Part shown: positions 18,568-28,737 of the stretch, piece by piece
How positions within the stretch are numbered: position 1 is the first letter of the stretch
How the letters are laid out: every line of letters starts with the position of its first letter
NCBI GenBank assembly: GCA_040754095.1
Contig: JBFMFO010000011.1
Location: forward strand, 13,737 to 77,736
Reading direction: 5' to 3'
Source of the DNA: Thermodesulfobacteriota bacterium
GTDB taxonomy: Bacteria; Desulfobacterota; QYQD01
DNA length: 64,000 bases
The notes under the pieces: generated by a model
What the model was told of the DNA's origin: nothing
The model's database searches: none
The model's input: only the letters and a program-made list of their open reading frames with translations
Program-made: the position numbers and the translations under genes

Positions 18568-19149
18568 TTGTATATGCGTATTACACCTATGGACATTCAA
18601 CAACAGGAGTTCCGGGTCCGTTTCCGCGGTTTTGATACGCGGGAGGTAGATTCCTTTCTGGAATTGGTGGCGGAAGAACTCAAAGAGGCGCTCCACGAAA
18701 ATAGCGCCCTTAAGGATGAGGTAAAAAGGCTCAGGGAAACCCAGGCTAATTTTGAAGAGAAGGAAAAGACTTTTCAAACGGCCTTTGTTTCTGCCCAGCG
18801 TGTAGTGGATGAAATGAAGGCCAATGCCGAGCGTCAGGCCAAGCTTATAGTAACTCAAGCCGAACTTGAAGCCAAAAAGATGGTGGAAAGCGCCCATGTT
18901 CAGGCGGCCCAGGTACAGGAAGAGATCAACCGGTTGAAACGTCAAAAGGCCCAGATGGAGTATCGGGTTAAGGCCTTTATTGAAAGCCTTTCGAAATGGC
19001 TGGCCACAGAGAAAGAACCTTCTGACTTTTCAGATAAAGAAGCGGCAGAAGAAGAGGGAGCCGGTACGAATGAGGCGCATCAGGCTATGGGCGCTATTAA
19101 CGAAATTATCTCCGGTGTGGATTTAGAGGGCGAAGACCCGGCAAAGTGA
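18568..19149 (+). CDS. divIVA: DivIVA domain protein
   Basis: Contains ITPMDIQQQEFRVRFRGFDTREVDSFLELVAEEL followed by a coiled-coil region. Confidence 0.8.
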   Translation: MYMRITPMDIQQQEFRVRFRGFDTREVDSFLELVAEELKEALHENSALKDEVKRLRETQANFEEKEKTFQTAFVSAQRVVDEMKANAERQAKLIVTQAELEAKKMVESAHVQAAQVQEEINRLKRQKAQMEYRVKAFIESLSKWLATEKEPSDFSDKEAAEEEGAGTNEAHQAMGAINEIISGVDLEGEDPAK

Positions 19150-19454
19150 CCCTATTTTTCCAACCATCAACTGACGGGGTACTTTTAAGGGTTTACGTAC
19201 AACCAAAGGCCTCACGCGAGGGTATAGCCGGCTGTCACGGCGATGCTCTTAAAATCAGGTTAAAGGCGCCTCCGGTAGAGGGAGCGGCTAATGCCGCCTG
19301 TATTCGATTTCTTGCCTCTCTGTTCGGCCTGCCTCAAACAAGCCTATCCATTAAGACCGGACATAAATCCCGTTTGAAACTCATAAAGATGGAAGGAATC
19401 TCTCTTGAGGAAGTGAAAAAAGTAATAGCTGCTCAGCCTGCCCTTTCTTCCTGA
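19146..19454 (+). CDS. yggU: DUF167 (YggU) family protein
   Basis: Contains LRVYVQPKASREGIAG..GDALKIRLKAPPVEGAANAACIRFLA. The start is GTG and overlaps the divIVA stop. Confidence 0.75.
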   Translation: MTLFFQPSTDGVLLRVYVQPKASREGIAGCHGDALKIRLKAPPVEGAANAACIRFLASLFGLPQTSLSIKTGHKSRLKLIKMEGISLEEVKKVIAAQPALSS

Positions 19455-20239
19455 AAGACAGCGGCCATTTGCCCGTGTATGTAGCCGTTGCTGGCCAATA
19501 TCTCAGGCATGGCCGGGGTAAAGGGCCGGGCTTGGAAGTCCGTTACCAATCCGCCGGCCTCCCGGACCAGCAGCGCCCCGGCCGCTGTATCCCATGGTTT
19601 CAGATTGGTCTCCCAGAAACCATCAAAACAGCCGCAGGCCACATAACAGAGATCCAGCGCGGCTGCCCCGGCCCGTCTTATGCCTCTGGAGCGTGTAAGA
19701 AATCTCTTAAAGTAGAAAACCGCCGGTTCCGGTTCGGTGTGTATGTTATAAGGAAATCCGGTAGCCAGGAGGCTGTCCCTGAGCTTGCCGGTGGTGGAGA
19801 CGCAAATAGGCTTTTCATTCAAATAAGCCCCTGCGCCTTTCCCGGCCCGGAAAAGCTGGTCCAGAAATGGGTGATAGACCACCCCAAGAACCGGTTCGTC
19901 ATGGACAGCAAGGGCGATAGAGACGCAGAACCATGGAAACCCATGGGCATAGTTTGTAGTCCCATCCAGGGGATCGATGATCCATTTGTAAGGTGACCGG
20001 CCTACCAGGGACTGTTTTTCTTCAGTGACAATAGTGTGCTCCGGGTATCCGGCGTGAATAGTCTTTACAATAAGCTCTTCGGCCCGGAGGTCGGCGTCAG
20101 TGACCAGATCGATCTCCCCTTTAAAATGGATCTCGCGCTTCCTGCCGAAGATTTCCTTCAGTAACCGGCCGCTTTCCCGGGCTGCGGTTATGGCCGTTTT
20201 TATAAGGCTGTCTGTATCAGTTAATAAAGACCCTGGCAT
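19433..20239 (-). CDS. suhB: Inositol monophosphatase family protein
   Basis: Contains the IMPase motifs VTDADLRAEE, WIIDPLDGTTNYAHG and WDTAAGALLVREAGG. Confidence 0.8.
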   Translation of the reverse strand: MPGSLLTDTDSLIKTAITAARESGRLLKEIFGRKREIHFKGEIDLVTDADLRAEELIVKTIHAGYPEHTIVTEEKQSLVGRSPYKWIIDPLDGTTNYAHGFPWFCVSIALAVHDEPVLGVVYHPFLDQLFRAGKGAGAYLNEKPICVSTTGKLRDSLLATGFPYNIHTEPEPAVFYFKRFLTRSRGIRRAGAAALDLCYVACGCFDGFWETNLKPWDTAAGALLVREAGGLVTDFQARPFTPAMPEILASNGYIHGQMAAVFQEERAG

Positions 20240-21239
20240 AATCCCTGATTTCTTCCAGTGCCCTGCCGGAGCCCATAACTACTGTGGTTAGGGGGTCTTC
20301 GGTCATTATGGTCTTGAGGCGTGTTTCCTCGGTGATGCGGCGATCCAGTCCCTTAAGGAGGGATCCCCCGCCGGCCATGTGAAGCCCGGCCTGGTAAATA
20401 TCGGCCACCAGTTCCGGCGGCGTATTGTCCAGGGTGCGCCTGATAGCCCCGATAATGCCGTTTACCGGCTCGGCTATGGCCTCGCGGATCTCGGCATCGG
20501 TGACGGGTATGGCTTTTGGAAATCCGGTAAGGATTTCCTTGCCGGATACAAACATACTCTGGGGTTCATCCAGGGGATAGGCAGAACCTATGTTTATTTT
20601 GATATGTTCGGATGTATTTTCACCGATGAGTATCTGATATTTTTTTTGCATATAACGGACAATAGACTCATTGATCTCGTCTCCGGCTACCCGGTGGGAC
20701 TCGCTGCAGGCTATGGCGGAAACAGATATTACGGCTACCTCTGTAGTCCCCCCGCCGATATCTATTACCATTTGGCCGCTTGGCTTCTCAATTTCCAACC
20801 CGGCGCCTATGGCGGCGGCCATAGGCTCTTCTATCAAAAACACTTTCCGGACTCCAGATTCCTCCGCCGCCTCGACGACCGCCCGCTTTTCTACCTGGGT
20901 GATGCCGGTGGGGACGCAGATGACCATCTTGGGCCGGATAAAGCGGCTTATATTTACCTTGCGGAGGAAATACTTGATCATCTGCTGGGTGACCTCAAAG
21001 TCGGCAATGACCCCGTCTTTCATCGGCCTGACGGCCCTGATCTTTTGCGGCGTGCGCCCCAGGTATTCCTTGGCCTCCCGGCCGACGGCTATGACCTGGT
21101 CCGTGTCTTTATTTATAGCCACAACGGAAGGTTCGTTTAAAACAATGCCTTCACCCGGCATATAAATCAGGGTATTGGCTGTGCCCAGGTCCATAGCGGC
21201 ATCTTTAGACAGAAAGCCGAGCAAGCGATCAAATAGCAT
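20217..21239 (-). CDS. mreB: Rod shape-determining protein MreB
   Basis: Contains DLGTANTLIYMPGEGIVLNEPSVVA, VIDIGGGTTEVAVIS and GGGSLLKGLD. Confidence 0.9.
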   Translation of the reverse strand: MLFDRLLGFLSKDAAMDLGTANTLIYMPGEGIVLNEPSVVAINKDTDQVIAVGREAKEYLGRTPQKIRAVRPMKDGVIADFEVTQQMIKYFLRKVNISRFIRPKMVICVPTGITQVEKRAVVEAAEESGVRKVFLIEEPMAAAIGAGLEIEKPSGQMVIDIGGGTTEVAVISVSAIACSESHRVAGDEINESIVRYMQKKYQILIGENTSEHIKINIGSAYPLDEPQSMFVSGKEILTGFPKAIPVTDAEIREAIAEPVNGIIGAIRRTLDNTPPELVADIYQAGLHMAGGGSLLKGLDRRITEETRLKTIMTEDPLTTVVMGSGRALEEIRDYARVFIN

Positions 21240-21285
21240 ATAAACTGTGTCCTCCTTAATTAGTGTTCATACGGCCCTGGGCCGG

Positions 21286-21400
21286 ATTGAAGCTCCCTGC
21301 AGCAAGCTGCAGGGAATCTCCGTATGCAAGGTAAAATGCATCGTATTCGCTCGCTGACCCCGCCGCAAGCAGCGGGGAATGCGCTCGCTATGCATGTTCA
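21286..21400 (-). repeat. Family-B double-hairpin repeat, copy 1 (inverted relative to the other three)
   Basis: The reverse complement matches tgaacatgcatagcgagcgcattccccgctgcttgcggcgggg...gattccctgcagcttgctgcagggagcttcaat. Confidence 0.85.
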
Positions 21401-21515
21401 AGCTCTCAGCGATCATCTCTCAGCCGTCAGCATGTTTGTTATCCGTTATCCGTTATCCGTTGTCCGACATTTTCTTTCGGTGAACGGTCAACAGTGAACG
21501 GTGGACCGGCTTCAT
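21401..21515 (+). repeat. Family-C quasi-palindrome, copy 1 (TCAGC units plus a heptamer-array core)
   Basis: Reads ctctcagcgatcatctctcagccgtcagc, then (ttatccg)x3 ttgtccg, a loop, then tcggtgaacggtcaacagtgaacggtggaccggcttcat. Confidence 0.85.
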
Positions 21516-21523
21516 AAGGCAGA

Positions 21524-22462
21524 TTATCCTTTCATGGACATTTTCGTCAAGATAATCCTTTGCCCGATACTCAAGAGGGCATCGATCTCCTCTGTCTCCC
21601 ACGTACATTTGCTGTAACTGGTGAAACCCATTACCCCGGGGATGAAATCCTGAAACAGGCAGGGGATACCTAAAAAGGCGCTGAAGCCCTTGAAAGGTTC
21701 TTCTGCTGTAAAAAGGTAGGATTTCCTCGGTTCTTGCCCTATCTTTTCCAAAACCAGCGGCTTTTTCTTTCTAAAGATCCAGCCCACCAGCCCCTTTTCT
21801 ACTGAAAACTGCTGTCTCTGGAGGTTGGATTTTATCGTACCGGTCAGGGCCGGAAGGCTATATTTGGCGTCCGGTTCAGGGGATGAAAGAAAGGCCATAA
21901 ATCCCATCTCGGCCCGGGTAAAAGAAAGACATAAGGTCAGGATGTTGATGAGATAAGCATTAAAATCTCCGGTTTGCTGTCCTATGCGGTCGGCCTGGTA
22001 GTGGAGATTTAGTATCCGGTCATAGAGGCGTTCTTTGGCCTGTAAGGAGGAGACTTCTGTTTCATGTACGATAAGATCGGCGAATCCCAGGAGCAGTTTC
22101 TGGCTTTTTTCAGTAAATATGTATTTATGCTTGCTGTCCACGGAAAGAACACCCTTGCCGTTGGGAAGGGGAACAGCCATGAAGGATTTGATATCCTCGT
22201 CTGCCGAGTAGAACTGCAATGTAGTGGTGTCTCTGTCAAATTGGTTGGCGATGATAGGCTTGTTATTTTTGGCCGCCCAGCCCACCATACCGTCTCCATA
22301 GCCGAATTGTACCCGGGGGATGACATTTTTGCTCAAACTGTAGTAAGATTGCAGGGTCAGGCTCTCATCTTTGGGGTCGGCCAAAAACAAGGCGGTAGTA
22401 AAGGCGTCGGTAACATTGCTGATTACCTTAATTATGTTTAAGAGATGGCTATCGGCGGACAT
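21524..22462 (-). CDS. GAF domain-containing protein
   Basis: The layout is GAF-like: FTTALFLADPKDESLTLQSYYS...GDGMVGWAAKNNKPIIAN...SFMAVPL, with a second similar half. Confidence 0.55.
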   Translation of the reverse strand: MSADSHLLNIIKVISNVTDAFTTALFLADPKDESLTLQSYYSLSKNVIPRVQFGYGDGMVGWAAKNNKPIIANQFDRDTTTLQFYSADEDIKSFMAVPLPNGKGVLSVDSKHKYIFTEKSQKLLLGFADLIVHETEVSSLQAKERLYDRILNLHYQADRIGQQTGDFNAYLINILTLCLSFTRAEMGFMAFLSSPEPDAKYSLPALTGTIKSNLQRQQFSVEKGLVGWIFRKKKPLVLEKIGQEPRKSYLFTAEEPFKGFSAFLGIPCLFQDFIPGVMGFTSYSKCTWETEEIDALLSIGQRIILTKMSMKG

Positions 22463-22498
22463 AATGATGTCTTATTCACACTATCTGGAGTTTCCCTG

Positions 22499-22553
22499 CT
22501 TTTTAAAGCAGGTATTTTCATGATACTATTATCTTATTGATGATTTTGCATTT
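22499..22553 (-). repeat. Module X (about 55 nt), copy abutting the left end of A2 in minus orientation
   Basis: The reverse complement aaagaaatgcaaaatcatcaataagataatagtatcatgaaaatacctgctttaaaaagca is about 90 percent identical to 28916-28972. Confidence 0.75.
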
Positions 22554-22735
22554 CTTTAGTGAACTCCTGGTTTCTTCGCTTCACGGCTTGCGCAGCGACC
22601 CTTTCGGGACTCGCAGGCAGGGAATGCTTGCCCCTTCCCGCCACTGAAGGGCGGGCTTTCCCCTTCCTGCTCGCTCTCGAAGGGTGCCCGCTGCTCCAGC
22701 AAGTTTCGCTCAGAAACATAGGGTTCCCTAAAAAG
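22554..22735 (+). repeat. Family-A structured repeat, copy 2
   Basis: The core is the same as A1 and A3. The central hairpin is cccgcc-actgaag-ggcggg, where A1 has ccagcc-actgaag-ggctgg and A3 has ccagcc-actaaag-ggctgg. Confidence 0.85.
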
Positions 22736-22868
22736 TAAGAAAACTTCAGCCACCCTATCCTTTGACTTTCCGGCGTCTGGCGGTTAGTATGTATCCGCTG
22801 TGGATACAATGATTTTTGTCACGCCACGGCCACAAAATCGTCTGGCATTATAGCCGATTTTAGGAATT

Positions 22869-24962
22869 ATGCAAAAACAAACCGAACTTCTGGCCCCGGC
22901 CGGTAATCTGGAGGCATTCTGGGCGGCGGTAGAGAAAAAGGCCGATGCCGTTTACATCGGTTGGAGCGACTTTAACGCCCGCGTCCAGGCCGAGAACTTT
23001 TCCCTGGAGGACATCAGCCGGACGATCCCTTTCGCCCATAAGCACGGCGTAAAGGTCTATATAGCCCTGAACATCCTGCTCAAGGAAAGAGACCTGCCGG
23101 AGATAGTAGAGGGTCTCAGGATATTAAAGGAGCTTTCTCCCGATGCCCTGATCATCCAGGATATGGGGCTGTATTATTTGATCAAAAGGTACTTTTCGGC
23201 CTTTCGTCTCCATGCCAGCACCCTTATGACCATTCACAACCACCCGGGAGCCGAGCATCTGCGCGAGCTTGGATTTCGGCGGGTGGTACTGGCCCGCGAA
23301 CTGTCCATAGATGAGATAAGAGCCATACACCGGCATTCTCCGATTGAGCTGGAGGTCTTTGTCCAGGGAGCCCTTTGTTACAGCTTTTCCGGACTTTGTC
23401 TGATGAGCAGTTATCTGGGCGGAAAATCCGGTATGCGCGGGCGATGTGTCCAGCCCTGCCGCCGGTTGTACGAAAGCGGTAAAAAACACGGCTCGTTTTT
23501 TTCCATGAATGATCTCTCGGCCATCAGGTTGCTGCCTGAACTAAAAAAGGCCGGTGTCACCTCCATCAAGCTCGAGGGGAGGATGCGCAGCGCCCACTAC
23601 GTAAGCTCTATAGTAGAAGCCTACCGCACGGTACTGGATGCGCCGGAGGGCGATGAAGAGGCCCTGGGCCGGGCTGAAGATTTAATAAGGCGGTGTCTGG
23701 GCCGAAAGCCGACTCCCGGGTACTTTCTGTATCCGCATCTTATGGATATCGTCACCCCGCATTTTTCAGGCACGGCCGGCCTTTTTCTGGGGAAGATCAT
23801 AACCGCACGCGGAGATGAAGCCATGGTGAAGCTCGCTGCTGCTGTCGGCATTGGGGACCGGCTGCGCCTGGTAAGGCCTGCCCATGACGAGAGACGCTCA
23901 TTTACTCTGGGAAAAATGATGGCCGGGGGGAAAGAACTGATAAATGCAGCACAAGGTCAGGAGATCACGCTTAAGATGCCCGTCCCTTGCCGCAAGGGAG
24001 ATCTGCTTTTTAAGGTAGATGCGAAGGACGCCGCGCTTGTGCGCGGCGCAGGCCGGATAAGAAATCTCATTTTTGCCGCTACCGGAGGCTGCGTTATCAG
24101 CCCGACAACAAAAAAAGGGTTAAGCATGGGCCCGGTTGTTTCAAAATTATTCCCGGAGAAGAGTCCCGGGGCCAGGCCGAGGAAAGACCTTAAGTGGTGG
24201 GTGAAATTGGGCGATCTGAATCACCTGTCTGACGTGTCAGGCCGTGGCGTACATCGCCTCCTGGTCCTCCTGGACGAGAAGACATTCGCCCAATACAGGC
24301 GTTACCACAGGCAGATTTTGCAGATGCGGCATCGATTCTCCTGGATGCTGCCGCCTGTCATGGAGGAAAAACAATGCCGGTTTTATGAGAAAGCGATAGA
24401 TGGATTGCGCCGGGCCGGGTTTACGTATTGGCACCTGGGCCATATAAGCCAGCGGCAATTTTTCTTACATAAAGGCAGAGACATACACCTTTCCGCCGGT
24501 TATACGGCCAACGCGCTTAATTCCCTGTCCGTCAGGGCCTTTTGCGATCTCGGGATCACGGAGGTGGAGTTTTCCATAGAAACAGACCTGGAAAACCTTA
24601 AAGAGGCATTGGCCCATGCCGGCGGGTGTCCGGTGGGGCTGGCCGTCTATGGCCGTCCGCCCCTTTTTACTTCCCGGCTGCTTCCCCCCGGCCTAAAACC
24701 GGGCGCCACCATACGAAGCCCCAAGAAAGAGAGTTTTTTCATTAACTGCTATCGGGAATTGACCCTGGTACACTCCTCGCACCCTTATTCTCTCCTGGCC
24801 TATGTGCAGGATTTGAAGAAGACAGGGATTTCTTTTGTGACGGCTGATTTCACCTGGGAGCGCCCTGCTAAAAATGTGCTCTCTGAGATTTTAGGCGGTA
24901 AGCCGGGTAAAAAACCGGGTGATAGGGTGAATACCTTTAATTTTCTGAGGACATTGGCCTGA
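22869..24962 (+). CDS. Peptidase U32 family protein (long form)
   Basis: The N-terminus LLAPAGNLEAFWAAVEKKADAVYIG...HGVKVYIALN and the stretch SYLGGKSGMRGRCVQPCR are typical of U32. Confidence 0.8.
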   Translation: MQKQTELLAPAGNLEAFWAAVEKKADAVYIGWSDFNARVQAENFSLEDISRTIPFAHKHGVKVYIALNILLKERDLPEIVEGLRILKELSPDALIIQDMGLYYLIKRYFSAFRLHASTLMTIHNHPGAEHLRELGFRRVVLARELSIDEIRAIHRHSPIELEVFVQGALCYSFSGLCLMSSYLGGKSGMRGRCVQPCRRLYESGKKHGSFFSMNDLSAIRLLPELKKAGVTSIKLEGRMRSAHYVSSIVEAYRTVLDAPEGDEEALGRAEDLIRRCLGRKPTPGYFLYPHLMDIVTPHFSGTAGLFLGKIITARGDEAMVKLAAAVGIGDRLRLVRPAHDERRSFTLGKMMAGGKELINAAQGQEITLKMPVPCRKGDLLFKVDAKDAALVRGAGRIRNLIFAATGGCVISPTTKKGLSMGPVVSKLFPEKSPGARPRKDLKWWVKLGDLNHLSDVSGRGVHRLLVLLDEKTFAQYRRYHRQILQMRHRFSWMLPPVMEEKQCRFYEKAIDGLRRAGFTYWHLGHISQRQFFLHKGRDIHLSAGYTANALNSLSVRAFCDLGITEVEFSIETDLENLKEALAHAGGCPVGLAVYGRPPLFTSRLLPPGLKPGATIRSPKKESFFINCYRELTLVHSSHPYSLLAYVQDLKKTGISFVTADFTWERPAKNVLSEILGGKPGKKPGDRVNTFNFLRTLA

Positions 24963-24997
24963 TAAAATTAACCGGCCTACGGTCGGCCTAAGCTAAA

Positions 24998-26620
24998 TTA
25001 GGCGGTGGATTTGGATATCCTGGATGAGACGATATTTTTGATATCTTCAACGGTAAAGGGCTTGGTTATGTAAGTTGCGCCGCTGGACTCAAGAAATCTC
25101 TTTGTCTCATAATTCATGGTATCACCGGTTATAAAGATCACCCCTCCCGGCGGCAGCAATCCCATATCCCTGATGGTGTTAAAAAGTTCCTTACCGTCAA
25201 TATCCGGCATTATTATATCCGTCAGCATCAGGTCATATCGCCCCGTTTCCAGCTTTTCCAGGGCTATCTTACCGGCTGTAACCGTTTCCACATCGTATCC
25301 TTCCCTTGTCAGTATATCGCATGTGAGTTTAAGGATTATGGGTTCGTCATCCACAACCAGCACCCGATATCCTCCCCGTATTTGGGGGACTGTTTTAGCC
25401 GGGGTAGAGGTAATTTCTTTTTTGATTGGGCACGGGAACCTTATGGTAAATATAGCGCCATGCGGTTCGTGCCAATCTGCAAATATGTCGCCATCATGTT
25501 CTTTAATTATACTGTACGAGACGCTGAGTCCCAATCCCGTTCCGCGTCCCGGTCTTTTCGTCGTAAAAAAAGGTTCGAATATGCGTTTTCGGATGTCATC
25601 CGGTATGCCCGGGCCGTCATCTGCAATTTCCGCTATGACCAGTGCGCGCTCCGGGTCGTAATGAGTCCTTACCTCCAGTGTCCCCATACGGAAGGCCTGG
25701 GTTATAGCCTGCTTGGCGTTAATGATAATATTGGCAAATACCTGTTGTATCTGATGTCCGTCACCCCTTATAACGGGGAGGGTTTTGTCGAAATCTTTCA
25801 TTACCCGGATATTGTGATTGTGCAGGTCATAGGATAGAAAATCCAGCGTTTGTTCTATTAATGTATTTATATTGACGGCTTCCTGCCGAATTTTACCTGT
25901 ATCAGAGAAGGCAAGCATATTCTTAACTATCTTGGCCGTGCGCAAGGCCTCTTTTTCGATTGTGCGCAGGCCGTTTCTAATCCTGTCCTTATCGGATACT
26001 TGAGACAGAAGCTGGGCATACCCCAGGATAGAGGTAAGGGGGTTGTTAATCTCGTGGGCAACCGCAGATACCAGTTCCCCTATGGCCGAAAGTTTCTCGG
26101 AACGAATGAGCATCTCTTGTGTTTCTTTCAACTGCCGGTAGGCATTTTCCGTAGCAGCCGCTTTTTCTTCAAGTTCTGCCCCGGCTTTTTCCAGCTTTTT
26201 ATTCGTCTGTTTAAGGGCCTCTAAATAATTATTTTTTTCTATGATGAGCCGTCTCTTCTCTATGGCCCGTTGTACCGTATAGATAAAATCCTCCATGTTC
26301 GACAAAGGCTTTACCAGATAATCATAAACCAGGTTCTGATGAATACATTGCAGAACGGACTCAATAGAGGCATACCCGGTCAGTATTATAAACTGGGCCA
26401 TGTCGTCTAATTTTCTCATCTCCCGGATCATGGCCATGCCGTCCATCCCGGGCATCCTGAGATCGGCGATTACCAGATCGGGATGTTCGGCTTTGAACCT
26501 TTCTATCCCCTCCGGACCGTTTCCAGCCTCCGGGACAGTGAATCCTCTTTCTTCGAGTTCCATGCGCAGAAGCAGCCGGATATCGGCTTCATCATCAACT
26601 ACCAAGATTTTTCCGTTCAT
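24998..26620 (-). CDS. Hybrid sensor histidine kinase (REC, HisKA, HATPase, REC)
   Basis: Contains ILVVDDEADIR..DLVIADLRMPGMDG, the H-box [23 protein letters not shown], and a second REC domain VLVVDDEPII..DLMLTDIIMPDIDG. Confidence 0.8.
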   Translation of the reverse strand: MNGKILVVDDEADIRLLLRMELEERGFTVPEAGNGPEGIERFKAEHPDLVIADLRMPGMDGMAMIREMRKLDDMAQFIILTGYASIESVLQCIHQNLVYDYLVKPLSNMEDFIYTVQRAIEKRRLIIEKNNYLEALKQTNKKLEKAGAELEEKAAATENAYRQLKETQEMLIRSEKLSAIGELVSAVAHEINNPLTSILGYAQLLSQVSDKDRIRNGLRTIEKEALRTAKIVKNMLAFSDTGKIRQEAVNINTLIEQTLDFLSYDLHNHNIRVMKDFDKTLPVIRGDGHQIQQVFANIIINAKQAITQAFRMGTLEVRTHYDPERALVIAEIADDGPGIPDDIRKRIFEPFFTTKRPGRGTGLGLSVSYSIIKEHDGDIFADWHEPHGAIFTIRFPCPIKKEITSTPAKTVPQIRGGYRVLVVDDEPIILKLTCDILTREGYDVETVTAGKIALEKLETGRYDLMLTDIIMPDIDGKELFNTIRDMGLLPPGGVIFITGDTMNYETKRFLESSGATYITKPFTVEDIKNIVSSRISKSTA

Positions 26621-26641
26621 GACCTGTTTTTTAATCCTTTC

Positions 26642-26857
26642 TAATTGGTGCTCAGCCGGAAATTACTGTTTCCGGCTTCACGCTTTCAGCGATCAGCATG
26701 ATTGTTATCCGTTAACCGTTAGCCGTTTTCCGACATTTTTTTCGGTAAACGGTCAACAGTGAACGGTGGACCGGCTTCATGCCGATAGCTGACTGCTGAT
26801 ATCTGACTGCTGATTGCTCCATCCGGAATTCTTGGGTTTTCGGATGGAAACTAATTA
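26642..26857 (+). repeat. Family-C quasi-palindrome, copy 2 (fullest form, with terminal hairpins)
   Basis: The terminal hairpins are ccggaaattactgtttccgg and ccatccggaattcttgggttttcggatgg. The core is the same as 21401-21515, and the ends are taattggtgc... and ...ggaaactaatta. Confidence 0.85.
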
Positions 26858-26867
26858 AAATAACCGC

Positions 26868-28658
26868 TTAACAAGCGGGCAGTATCACCCTTATCTCCGT
26901 GCCTTCCCCCTGGCCGGAAACTACCTCGATCTCGCCCTTGTGTTCCTCGACTATGTTGTAGCTTACGGAGAGGCCCAGGCCCGTGCCTTTGCCTGCCTCC
27001 TTGGTAGTAAAAAATGGATCAAAAACCTTATCCAGGTTTTCCGGGGCGATGCCTATGCCGTTATCTCTTACGCTAAGGATTACATGGCTGTTATCGCCTG
27101 CTTCAGTCTTTATGGTCAATATTTTTTTGTAATTTCTTGCTTTCTCCGGCCCTTCCAGAGACGTTTCCCGTTCCATCAGGGAATCTTTGGCATTGCTCAG
27201 AAGGTTCAAGACTACCTGCTCCAGTTGCCCGGGATGGCCGTGACAGAAGAGGCCTTGCGAACTATAGTCCTTAATTACCATTATGCCATACAGTTCGATC
27301 TGCCTCCCCATAAGGAGCAGGGCGTTTTCTATAACCTGGTTAATATTTACCGCTTCCATCTTCGTATGGGGCAGACGTGAGAAGGTGCGTAGATGGTCTA
27401 TAATCTCTCCCATGCGCATGGCATTTTTCTCGACGACCGGGAGTACTTCCTGCAATAATTCTTTATCTAGAATTTCCTGGTTGGTTTTCCGCAGTAAGGA
27501 TTGGGCAAAGCCCTTAATAACCGTCAAGGGCTGATTGAGTTCGTGGGCTACGCCGGCGGCCAGTTCTCCGATGGAAGCCAGTTTGGCCGACTGGAGCAGT
27601 TGGGCATTCGTCTTCCTGAGTTCGTATTCCGCCTCCTTTTTTTCGGTAAGATCTCTGGCCATGATCTGTGCCACTTTACTGCCTGCCTGAGAGGAGACGG
27701 TCCCGTTTACTTCTACCGGCAGGGTAGCACCGGCCTTTCTTCTGAAACTTATCTCTATTGTCTGAGAGCCTCCGGCCTCGATTGCCCGCATCATGTTTGT
27801 CCAGTCCGCCTCGTCCGCATAGATATCTTGCATAAACTGATCCCGGAGTCTTTCGGGACTAAACCCAAGGCAGCGGCAGGCCGAGGGATTGGCATCAATA
27901 AGCTTACCGCTTGGATCGGCGATGAAGATCATATCCTTGGCCGCTTCAAACAGGCTTCGATATTTGGCCTCTGATTTTTCCAGTTGCACCAGGTGATCTT
28001 TCCATTTTTCCAGAAGACGGACCCGCTCCAGGGCGCTTCCGGCCATCAGGGCCAGAGTCCTCAGCAGCTCCAGATCATTTTCCGTGAGGTCTGTGTCACT
28101 GGTCAGGGCTATGGCCCCTGCCACCTTATTTTCCGCCACAATAGGCATATCTATTACCGACTTATAGGGGAGCATGGGAACGACGAGTGTCTTGATAAGG
28201 AGCCGCAGAGGACTGCCGGGAGAGGTATAATCCATGGCTATTCGTTCTACAGTGGCTCTGATAACACTATCTTTATCTTGCATAACGATGTTCCCGGTAG
28301 CAATGGGTTTCCCTGTATCCCGCATCTTTTTGTAGATGCTTTCTTCATAGAGGGGTATCTTATAGCCGAGGAGGGAAATGCCCGGTATGACACGCCATGC
28401 GATTCTTTCTATATTCTTGGCCAATCCGGATTCGATGCCCACGCGAACCAGTTGTATATAACGGCCGTCTTCGGTAAACATGCATATATTGCTTATTTCC
28501 CGTCCAAGTTTTTCCACGCTCCGGTAGGCTGCATCGAGCACCTCGTCCTGGGTGCCGGCCGAGTAAAGATCGCGACTGATCTGGCCGAGCAGATTTCTCT
28601 CAAAAAGGGCCTGTTTTAATTCTCGTTCCACGGGCGGCACGTTTACCGATAGACTCAA
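26868..28658 (-). CDS. Sensor histidine kinase (GAF, PAS, HisKA, HATPase)
   Basis: The H-box is [12 protein letters not shown] and the G-box is [15 protein letters not shown]-like stretch reads [23 protein letters not shown]. Confidence 0.8.
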   Translation of the reverse strand: MSLSVNVPPVERELKQALFERNLLGQISRDLYSAGTQDEVLDAAYRSVEKLGREISNICMFTEDGRYIQLVRVGIESGLAKNIERIAWRVIPGISLLGYKIPLYEESIYKKMRDTGKPIATGNIVMQDKDSVIRATVERIAMDYTSPGSPLRLLIKTLVVPMLPYKSVIDMPIVAENKVAGAIALTSDTDLTENDLELLRTLALMAGSALERVRLLEKWKDHLVQLEKSEAKYRSLFEAAKDMIFIADPSGKLIDANPSACRCLGFSPERLRDQFMQDIYADEADWTNMMRAIEAGGSQTIEISFRRKAGATLPVEVNGTVSSQAGSKVAQIMARDLTEKKEAEYELRKTNAQLLQSAKLASIGELAAGVAHELNQPLTVIKGFAQSLLRKTNQEILDKELLQEVLPVVEKNAMRMGEIIDHLRTFSRLPHTKMEAVNINQVIENALLLMGRQIELYGIMVIKDYSSQGLFCHGHPGQLEQVVLNLLSNAKDSLMERETSLEGPEKARNYKKILTIKTEAGDNSHVILSVRDNGIGIAPENLDKVFDPFFTTKEAGKGTGLGLSVSYNIVEEHKGEIEVVSGQGEGTEIRVILPAC

Positions 28659-28737
28659 CTACTTGATTCTGCAAGATTTCATATAGCAACCCCAGCCGGG
28701 ATTTACAAGAGAAATCGTAATAGGACTTTCCCCGCTT

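Noticed and set aside
22534-22809. Small ORFs lying on repeats: 22534..22809, 22556..22753, 5732..5920, 5845..6045, 54854..55057, 59718..59978, 59879..60256, the tail of 26400..26762, 32070..32327 and 35379..35657.
   Set aside because: Their sequence is explained by families A-E and the palindromes. They have no RBS or family signal, and equivalent frames differ between copies.
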